The position numbers were made by a program, and so were the translations under genes. From NCBI GenBank assembly GCA_040954595.2, contig CM082598.2:4913097-4977096 (forward strand): 64,000 bases of DNA, given 5' to 3'. The notes beneath the pieces are model-generated. The model saw only the letters and a program-made list of their open reading frames with translations. It had not been told where the DNA came from and did no database searches. Positions within the stretch are counted from its first letter, which is position 1, and every line of letters begins with the position of its first letter. Below are positions 24,430 through 33,600 of the stretch, in pieces. Source of the DNA: Balanoglossus misakiensis. Taxonomy: Eukaryota > Animalia > Hemichordata.

Positions 24430-27400
24430 TTATGGTGTTTCACTCTCACTTTGAACGGATACTGGCACCTCATATTGTACGATCACATCTTCGCCATCTG
24501 ACTCTGTCTTTATCACTTCTGGAAGTGGGCTTGCTGTGGGCATCCTTCCCCTTGCACTGGTAGAGGGCGCTGTGACGTCTGTGGCCTTGCTCCTTGAACA
24601 ACACTCGATCATGCTCATCCCAACCGGCCACGTCCGGATCTCCTGTTCCCCATCTTCGTTTTTCAGCACCACCCACCGAGTGACCACTTCCTCATCCCCC
24701 ACGACGAAGCATTCAGCATTCTCGTCTGTGTCCACGCCAACCATGTCCACATTAACGACCTCCGTGGAGCTGGCGCCTGGCTCAGTCGCTGCTTCTGAAA
24801 CGGCCTGATCAGTCAACACACTTGCATCCCCGCCACCTCTGGCTTTGCGCGTATCGTCACTAATTAACACCTTCATTAAGATTTGTCGAGGGATTTCCTG
24901 TGCTCGCCACTGTTGAGGATCATCATGCTCAGCTTGGAGTGGCACCCCCGTACATGCAGGCTTGACGGATAAACTGGTACCTCCAATGGACATATTTCTT
25001 AATTGCCCTTTGCATACGGGTAGCAGGGACCGACCGTTGACTCCTGCCTGATACTGAAAGCCTGCACTGGGCTCACAAACCAGAGTATCTGAGCTGAATG
25101 CAGGAGTTGTCATCATTGGCATTTCAGGTGGTTTTGTCACAGTTGAAGTTGTTTCACTACAGATTGGGTAAGATACAGAATCAACGAGGGCAGTGGACTC
25201 TTCACCGCGAGAAGGCACAGTGTTATCGATAGCAAAGGTAGATCTGCCTGAGAAAGGACTGTAACTGGTTGTAGCAATGGCAGCTGCATTGCTTCCATTA
25301 AGGGTACCACACTCATCCCTTACAGGCACTTCTTCACTGCTGACATTCGGTCGAACGTTACAATTACCCGCACTGTTACCGTACATACTGGTAGTGTACG
25401 TGCCTGGCGTCGCTTGTCCATTGGAATTGGTGACAGCCACGTGTATTGAGGTTGGCACGTAGTCACCCGTCTTGGTCTTGACGTAACACTGGAGCAGGTT
25501 TTGTGGGGCAGTACCTTCACCGGGACTGCTGACAGGTTCTTGTAGGGTCTCGTGTTGAGGTGGTGGTGTCGGCTGAACTATACCATGTACCACACCTGCC
25601 CCTGGCTGAACTTGTGATGGAGAGGTCAATGGAAATGCCATGGTCGGGCCAGTATCAACCACAGAACGTGACTGTGTGATTCCCATAGAAACTTCGGGTG
25701 CCAAACTCCTGACGGAACTGATGACTGGGTATTTGCCCAGATCTACTGATTTGCTGACATCAGAAGTCTCTGATAGCTGCCTGACGACAACGTTGTTGGT
25801 GTCCCCATTTTCCGTGATTGGCTTCACGTTATCCCCGGGAACAGAACTGGTGCTATTCCCTAGCCACTTGGATGTAGACTGCGGATCGCTCGTCGTAGAT
25901 GTTACCGTCTCTGGGGTCGGTAGCTTAGTGGAGCCGCCTACCTGAGATGCCTTCTCGAAGAACATCATGTAGGGAACACGGCTCGTGGCTGAAACAGAAG
26001 ACCATGGCACGGGGAGGATTTTCTCATCACAGATCTGGTACCATACATTCTTGTGTTTAACCACAGCTGTGAACTGCTGAGCCGTGACATCTTTGCTTTG
26101 TGACCCGGAGCTGTGATCGTCTGTGTGGTAGACAACTGCATACAATGTGTAGCGCACTGTAGAGTCTTCGTACGGAACCCTTATTGCATTGAAGATCTTG
26201 ATGCTGCTTGGCCGAACACCATGTTTGTTCGAAACACACATCAGGAGATTCCCGGGCAGCTTTCCCAACTGGGACTGAGTTTTGTGGAGTGTGTTCTCCC
26301 GGCACTTCTTACAGCGCCGGAATGCCGTGCGCTCTTTGAAGTATTCCTTCACTGTGCCTCGCAGGCACCACCTGGTCGTCCCGATGTTCACAAAGAACGT
26401 GAGGTAGTAGAGGACTTTCAGGGCCGTATATGAGCATCCACACTCCTCGCATGATATTCTCGTACGCACCCATACGGTGAATACGTCTTGGAACAGATGC
26501 AGAGCGACGAACTTCTGGATCTGCTGGACCAGGCGAATGTAGAAGACCCTGGAGTCGTGACTCTCAGAGGACTGGCAATCGGGACTCACGCCTACCAACT
26601 TAAAGATTCTGCAGGCTGCTTCGTGGAGATCTCTACCACGGATCATTTGCAGTATACTGCAACGTACACAGGGCTCGGTGCAGACGTGTTCGCTCCTCAC
26701 CATATCCATGAATGCGTGCCTGAAGGGCCTGCTCAGTCTCATGATGTGTAGAATCGCCACCATGAAGGCGGCACTTGACAAGCCTGGCACGGAAATGGGT
26801 ACTGGTTCACGGTTACCTGTGGGACTTTCTTCCAGGCACTGCCCTCGCGCATCCCTACTGAAGTGCGGACCTGTCTGTTCGCCCGCGCTGCCATTCTTCC
26901 GAGAGTTGCCACCGCCATCATCGTCCTTCAGATATTTATCGATATTCTGCCAAGGCTGTAACAGAGCAACGGCTTCCATCGTCTCGTTGAGTTTGACCGT
27001 CACCATTCTTGCCTCGTCGCTGCTCACTCTGTCCTCAGAGGCATCGATCGCGTTGAACGCGTCTCCATCACCAGTACTGTCCTCCGTCAGGGCAGGCTGT
27101 CCCTCTTGGCCTTCTGCGGTAGCCTCACCACCACCACCAGAGATCTCGGCACCAGAAGTCGAAGGCACATCCCTCATACCTCGCCAAACTGGTCCCGTAA
27201 TCTCCTCTCTCAGAACCAGACAGGCCTTCTCCTCAGGTGACAGTTCATTAGTTCTAGTCTTCAGCACGCCGACTTTTTGACAGAGTAGGGTGTCTATCTT
27301 ATACTTGAACGGTAGCTCCCGTTCTATGCTGTCTATCTTTCCACAGTAACTATACCAACAACCGCAATGGTAGAAGAAGAGGACCTCACTCTGCTGATGT

Positions 27401-28371
27401 GGTAGTTTCTGAGGTACGCAGGCAAACGCCCTGTACACGGTATCCCCTTCGGTAGTTGGCAAGACAAGCTTGTCTCTCTGCGTGTACTCCCTCTCGTGAT
27501 TGATAATCCTGACTGTCAGGATCTCGGGGGAATTCAACATCTTGAAGGTCCTTCGTTGGAGATTCTCAACGCATCTTAAACAGAAGGCGTGCCTGCGCCG
27601 AACCTGGCCCCAGTCCAGACACTTGACGTCCAGCGTGAAGAGGTCTTCATCCAGCCTCTTGGCTTGTACGACGAGACTTGCGCATCTGAAGGAGAAACTT
27701 CTGGTAAAACCACACGACAGACAGCGATCTTGCATTTGGACTTTCAGAAGACATAGGTCTTCCATTGATTTGAGGTCAACCTGTTGGGACAGCCACTGCA
27801 GGAACGATGTCCAGTAGAGGTGCCAGGTGATTCCTCTTGTGCTCAAGTCAGATCTCTCCATTACCCTTTGCAAGTGGGATTCATAGAACCTTCTGGCGAA
27901 CGCCACCATATCAGCGTCATTGTCCTCAGTTACGAACTTGCGAATGACGCACACGGCATTACTGCAATCCCTGGAACACCTGTCGTGCTGGACTTTGGCG
28001 AAGAAGAATTCACAAAGCGCCGGAGAGTGCCACAGAACTCGAAGGACAAAGTTCTGCAGCACCGGGATCTCTTCGGTCGCGCGGGGCAATTCCGGAATAC
28101 GATCCGTGCGGGAATGCAGCTGGAATATTCCGACGCGCCCGGGCCTTTGCCAAGGCTTCCTCTTTGGGCGTCGCTTCTTAGGCTGTCTCTGCACATCACT
28201 AGTCCACGGTCGATTCAATGGTTCAGCCACATGCTGTTCCTGACACTCACCCCCATTACACTTGTCGCGGTATACAACTGTTGCTATCTGCTTGTGCGGA
28301 TCACTTGGATGGTCTATAAAGACGATGTTGAAGTCCTTGTACAAAGCACCAGATGTATCCTTATCACCCAT
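24430..28371 (-). CDS. Tandem USP-like pseudo-deubiquitinase, paralog B, about 1313 aa
   Basis: Collinear similarity to paralog A (QNFVLRVL, HLYWTSFLQWLSQ, PGLSSAAFMVAILHIMRLSRPFR, YTLYAVVY, PYMMFFEK, KYPVISSVRSLAPE). The probable start is the ATG at 28371, just downstream of a splice acceptor (TTACTCCCAG, exon starts 28398). The ORF-track extension to 28494 is intronic. Confidence 0.8.
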   Translation of the reverse strand: MGDKDTSGALYKDFNIVFIDHPSDPHKQIATVVYRDKCNGGECQEQHVAEPLNRPWTSDVQRQPKKRRPKRKPWQRPGRVGIFQLHSRTDRIPELPRATEEIPVLQNFVLRVLWHSPALCEFFFAKVQHDRCSRDCSNAVCVIRKFVTEDNDADMVAFARRFYESHLQRVMERSDLSTRGITWHLYWTSFLQWLSQQVDLKSMEDLCLLKVQMQDRCLSCGFTRSFSFRCASLVVQAKRLDEDLFTLDVKCLDWGQVRRRHAFCLRCVENLQRRTFKMLNSPEILTVRIINHEREYTQRDKLVLPTTEGDTVYRAFACVPQKLPHQQSEVLFFYHCGCWYSYCGKIDSIERELPFKYKIDTLLCQKVGVLKTRTNELSPEEKACLVLREEITGPVWRGMRDVPSTSGAEISGGGGEATAEGQEGQPALTEDSTGDGDAFNAIDASEDRVSSDEARMVTVKLNETMEAVALLQPWQNIDKYLKDDDGGGNSRKNGSAGEQTGPHFSRDARGQCLEESPTGNREPVPISVPGLSSAAFMVAILHIMRLSRPFRHAFMDMVRSEHVCTEPCVRCSILQMIRGRDLHEAACRIFKLVGVSPDCQSSESHDSRVFYIRLVQQIQKFVALHLFQDVFTVWVRTRISCEECGCSYTALKVLYYLTFFVNIGTTRWCLRGTVKEYFKERTAFRRCKKCRENTLHKTQSQLGKLPGNLLMCVSNKHGVRPSSIKIFNAIRVPYEDSTVRYTLYAVVYHTDDHSSGSQSKDVTAQQFTAVVKHKNVWYQICDEKILPVPWSSVSATSRVPYMMFFEKASQVGGSTKLPTPETVTSTTSDPQSTSKWLGNSTSSVPGDNVKPITENGDTNNVVVRQLSETSDVSKSVDLGKYPVISSVRSLAPEVSMGITQSRSVVDTGPTMAFPLTSPSQVQPGAGVVHGIVQPTPPPQHETLQEPVSSPGEGTAPQNLLQCYVKTKTGDYVPTSIHVAVTNSNGQATPGTYTTSMYGNSAGNCNVRPNVSSEEVPVRDECGTLNGSNAAAIATTSYSPFSGRSTFAIDNTVPSRGEESTALVDSVSYPICSETTSTVTKPPEMPMMTTPAFSSDTLVCEPSAGFQYQAGVNGRSLLPVCKGQLRNMSIGGTSLSVKPACTGVPLQAEHDDPQQWRAQEIPRQILMKVLISDDTRKARGGGDASVLTDQAVSEAATEPGASSTEVVNVDMVGVDTDENAECFVVGDEEVVTRWVVLKNEDGEQEIRTWPVGMSMIECCSRSKATDVTAPSTSARGRMPTASPLPEVIKTESDGEDVIVQYEVPVSVQSESETP

Positions 28372-28398
28372 AGCTAATCCTGCCACTTTTACATTTAC

Positions 28399-29346
28399 CT
28401 GGGAGTAACAATCAGAAGAAAAATGTTGTGTATTAAATGATGAAGCACTTATCATGATAAATATGAAAAAATGAAAAATTGATTTGATAAACAATATAGG
28501 CGGTATAATCTCTACAACGTTGTTTCGTGAGTCACTGGATACATATATATATACGGTCCCATCTGATTAAAATATGCCTATATTAAGTGGTCAAAGGGCA
28601 TGTCTAATTCTTAATTTGACCTTAAGGTGGTACAATTTTCTTTGCATGTACCACCTATTTTTGAGTTTTTCATTGTAACAGAGGTTAAATTTGCACAGGT
28701 GACCGTATACATTTGTACCTTTATATTAAATTTGCATAAATGACCATGGCAATCTTATATTTCTAAAATACAAATTTATTTTCTAGTAGGTATTTTTGCT
28801 CTGATACAAATATGCATGCTGGTGTGTGTGTGTGTGTGGGAGGGGGGGGGGGATTTTGTCACTTTCTCAAACTCACTGCTTTGATTCTTTGCCAGTTTAT
28901 GTTTTGAGGTAACATGCACTAGTCCAGTAGCCATGGTAACTGTAGGTTCTTTCCATTTCAATCTAGGCATAATGACTAAAAGAGAAAAGTTGTCAAGTCA
29001 ATGGCACATTACAATGATGTTGCAGATGATTCTTGGTTAAGAAACATATGTACTCCACATATGTGATCCAGTAAAGTGTCAAGCTTGGCGTTTTCATCAC
29101 ATCAATGATCATACAGCGGGGACCATTTTCCGACGGCAATGGCATTGTTACCTCACTCATGTTCATGCCAGGCTACGTGTTTATAACAATGCATGATAAC
29201 CATAGTAATCAGTGACATTGTATATTTCACACAGTCCGTAGGTTTTCAATCACCCGACGTGTTAATCACAAACACGCGTCTTATTTCTTTTATTCTGAAT
29301 CGTGGTAGTGTTAATTTATACCCATAAAAGCTAGACAGTGACTCAC
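28399..29346 (-). other. Predicted 5'-UTR intron of paralog B
   Basis: Minus-strand donor TG|GTGAGT at 29346 and acceptor TTACTCCCAG ending at 28399, 27 nt upstream of the ATG. Length (about 0.95 kb) is similar to the paralog A intron. Confidence 0.6.
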
Positions 29347-29890
29347 CAAAAGAGATCAGCTCCAATACCTTGGCGATCCTAACCCTTTCTGTCAAAATGT
29401 CAGTAATGTTTACAACTTTAACCCGCCATTGTGGCGTCCCTGGTGACCTAAGTTTGACCTGGTTTGACCTTGGTCCCATTGGAAAGCGCCACCACGCGAT
29501 GGGAATGTTCATTTTTTGAAATCATAATGGCGGACAGCTAAATATCGGTCATCTAGCTACGTGACGCTAAATGGGTAACTAGGGAACTTTACAGGCACCC
29601 TGTACGCTTAGAAACTCACCGTTGCCTCTTTCTTGCTCTGAATATATCAGGTAAGCATATGCCATTTGCTTAAATTGCCCGACAGGCTTTTTTTCCTGAA
29701 TATTTTCGTGTGTTGACTTGTCTGTCGAAAGACCGCAGCCTAGCCCAGTCGTCGCGTCGTGTACTGTCTGTGCAAGTCCTTTCAAGTACCGCGTCGTGGT
29801 TTTTCCACGAATTCTTGCATTGTCGTAACGCTAAATACTATCATTTTAATTTCGAAGAGACCTCTTTCAAGACACACGACACGGTAAAGT
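29347..29890. promoter_or_regulatory. Putative bidirectional promoter shared by paralog B (-) and CEP290 (+)
   Basis: Locally CpG-richer segment between divergent genes. Contains a YY1-like AATGGCGG (29526-29533), an X-box-like GTAACTAGGGAAC (29575-29587) and a candidate CEP290 non-coding exon donor CG|GTAAAG at 29884. Confidence 0.55.
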
Positions 29891-30612
29891 CACGCTTTTG
29901 TATACAAGGAAGTTTACGATGTTGAATCGTACATATCAAAATAATAACATTGTTACAATGTCTGGCACTTTATGTCGACTTTGAAAATTTGCATAATATA
30001 ACCATAATTTTGCTATAGATTTATGAAAGCTACGAACGCACAATATTACTGAGAATTCATATTTTGATTGAATAGTTACTTGTTCATGTTTCTGATCTAA
30101 AATAGTGACCAGGTTTGTGCAGGGTCTTGTGTGACAGAGCCATTGTCATGCAAATCAGTTTGTTAGTAAATAATAGCATCAAAATTTAGTAACTTCAGTT
30201 CACTTAAATTGTACCTCTGATAAATGTGAAAAAGGTTCCATAAATGTTGCGGGTTATGTAATTATACTGCTTGATATAGTGAGTTTCTTGTACATTTTAA
30301 AATATTTTGTTTACGAAAAATAGCAGCAGCTTTTACTACAAGTAAATATTTTAAAATATAAGTTTAAGAAACTTGATTTGGTCATTGCTCTTATGCTGAT
30401 TTATATTATTCATGAAGCCCTTGAAAAGAAGATTAATCTATGTCAAATAAAACAGACTTTTTAGGATTTCTTCATGGCTAAATTCCTAATTCCGTTAAAA
30501 TTGCATCATTCATCGCGCCCTTTTATTAAATTCCTAATTGTATGTTCATGTATTGATTTATGATAGTTTTGTATATTAACAGTTTGGGTAACTTACCCTA
30601 GCAACTGTTGCC

Positions 30613-33600
30613 ATGGCACCACTAGACTGGAACAAGATTCTGGAGATTGAGCCTGATGATATCACTGAGGATGCAGCTGATAGCTTGTTTAATACCATCG
30701 TCAAGGTAACCATGACTTGTTACATACTGTAAAACACTTTATTTTCGTGAGTTGAAATTTTCGCGATATCGAGAGAGGCCACTGTTTCGCGAGTATTAAT
30801 TTTCGCCTTCTCTTATTTCATTCACTGCATCGTTATCTTAAAAAAAATTACGCAGCTTTTTATTTTCAAGCTATTTTGACCCTCACGTATTTCGCGAAGA
30901 TTTATTGCTCACGAAAATAAAGTATTTTACAGAATACAACAAGCAAACAAATGCACAGAGATTGGCGGCCATTTTGAATTCACATTTGAGAGATTTTTCT
31001 GCTCTATTTTAAGAGAAAATAGCCTATTAAGATGCCTTGAGTAAAATATGAGAAAAGTTTAAGACTGAGCTTTTTTGAAACTCTTTCATTTCGTTCTGAT
31101 AACAGGCTGATGTGGAAGATGAAGTGGATGGAGATAAGCTGTTTCAGTTGTTTGAAGTGACGAGGTCGATTATGAAGATCAAAGGAACGCAGGCTGATGT
31201 TGTTGAAGAGGAACTCGAGAGGCTCATCCGAAGTGGTAATAAACTGCTCTGAATATAACCCTTTCACCACAATGTCCAAACCCATTGTTCTCTATGGTGA
31301 AGTTCTGATCCAAGTTTTGCACCTAAACTGTTTGAAATTTCATTATTTAGTTAGATCACCAATATATCACCGGTTTTCTATGTGTGATCACTGGCCGTTT
31401 ACGTAGAAAGTTACTGATTTGCTTTTTGTCTAACTTTTCAGATCAGAAACAAAAAGGCAGAATTGAAGAGCTGGAAGAAGATGTGGCCAGACTCAGAGTC
31501 CAGGTAAGGTGTCTATAGAATGATGTAGCTTGCAGTCAAAGTACCTCCAGTAGCCATACCTACTGTAAAACTTTATTTTCTTGAGTTAAATTTTCCGCGA
31601 AATCGAGAGTGGCCACTGTTTCGCGAGTATTAATTTTCGCATTCTCTTATTTCATTCACTGCATCGTTATCTTTTTAAAAAAATGTACGCGGCTTTTTAT
31701 TTTCACGCTATTTTGGCTCTCGCGTATTTGGCGAAAATTAATTGCTCGCGAAAATAAAGTGTTTTACAGTATTTTAAACTACTAGTATTTGGCACTGTAA
31801 ACAGGCACCATACCCAGTAACGTTAGGGGTATAGAACATTTTTCATTAGGGGAGCACAGTGCCATTGACGCTATTTTCTCTTCTTGTCGGTCCTTGGCAG
31901 AGCGGCCAACCGAAGGATGTCCGATTCCTACAGGAACAAGTGCGGGACACCGAGAGACAGTTGGATCTGTTGCAGAGAGAGTTGACGGAGAGAGAACGGG
32001 AACTGGCCAATGAAAAACGAGAGTCAGAAAGGGTAAGTTGAAAAAAAAATATGCACAATCATTCTCAAAGTGAATGCAGTGCAAAATGCCTTTATGCATT
32101 TTATCATCAAGATTTAGGATATAGGTAGTGTTTCATCTAAATGGAAGGGGGGAGAGATTCACCCCCTGTTGACATGTTGGCACCCCCTAGCATTTGTCAA
32201 GGGGGGACCAGTGCCCCTTAAAATGATGTCATTCACATGTTGGAGATATTACATCCCCCCCCCCCCCCTGCCAGAGTGGAATCCCCCCAAATATTCTGGC
32301 AAGGGGGGACATATCCCCCTGTTGGTGCCATCTTGAATGAAACACTGCGTAGGTTTTGTCATAATTTTGACACAGTGCCTCAAAAAATTATACCCGCATC
32401 TTAAATTACATATTTAACAGTACATACTATTTTCTGACTATCTGTGTCTGTTTCCCTCAACAGTACGCAGCCAGATCTGAAGAAGTCGAACGAGAGAAGA
32501 GAGATCTGCGAAAAGAGGTAATAATTTTGTTTCCATGGTATCAGGACATTTACTACCAATCAGTAATCGTTTCTGTGACGTACTAAGGTTTTCTACATAC
32601 AACAGTACTGTTGAACATTCACTGAAGGAACACACATTTGACTGTGAAGACACAGAACTGCCCAATTGTACATGCGAGAAATCTCTGCAACATACCGGTA
32701 CTCAGTATACTGGTTAACTTGTGAAAGATCCATGTTAACTTGTAATGGATTCATAGATGACTGAGACAGTACCTGTAGTTCCATAAGTATTCACCAGATA
32801 TGTTAACTTATCCGTATCTCATTCCTACCCCTAGAATGACATCTTGCAACAAGAAAACCGGGAATTACGAGCACAGATGGCAGCTTGGCAGGAGAGGGAA
32901 ATGCAACTGAAAGGTTCCGGATATGAACACCAGGACAAGATGAGGAAGAAGAACCAGGAATTGGCAGGATATCTGGATGAGATTCAGGTATGGAACATCT
33001 GGAATCTGTGTACCATCTCATGATGTACACATACGTAAAAATAAATAAATTAGATGTGATCAATAGAAAATTGATGTAATATTGTTTCTTAGAAGTTAGG
33101 CTGCATTCACAAACACCTCTGGAGGGGGGGGGGGCAGGAGAATTGAGGGGGGGATTTGAAAAAATTGAGGGTATGTGAGGGGGGGGATTTGAAATAATTT
33201 AGGGACTGAAAGGGGGGGACTTGAAAACTTTAACGACTAAATATTTATTTTGAGTCCACAAAAATGCAGTTTCGCGCCCTTTATTTTACAAAATTTTCTC
33301 ATGTGGGAGGGGGACACCCCCTCCCACACCCACCCCCTCCATTCATCAACACCTTTCAATCATTGACTGGTTTATCTAGTGTCCCAGGTCAGGGGACTTG
33401 CCCCACCCCATGATAACTTTGAGCCCCGACGGTTAAATGTGTCCTCCCCAACATACCTGTAGTTGAGTTAATTTGCTTTTGCCGGGTTCATTAAAATGCA
33501 GCTTTGAGCTCTGTATTTTAGAAAATTTTCTTACGTGGGAGGGGGACACCCTCTCCCAAACCCACCCCCTTCAATTCTCGGTTTACAAAGTCTCCAAACA

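Noticed and set aside
17401-28371. Calling the USP-like genes pseudogenes or viral/transposon ORFs
   Set aside because: The ORFs are intact with selectively conserved structural motifs. No transposase, RT, capsid genes or flanking TIRs/LTRs are seen.
17483-28377. Many 100-230 aa plus-strand ORFs overlapping the USP-like genes
   Set aside because: Antisense shadows of GC-rich coding sequence with no recognisable motifs.
28372-28494. Hydrophobic signal-peptide-like N-terminal extension of the 1354-aa ORF
   Set aside because: It begins at a non-ATG codon, crosses a splice acceptor and has no counterpart in paralog A. It is intron/UTR sequence.
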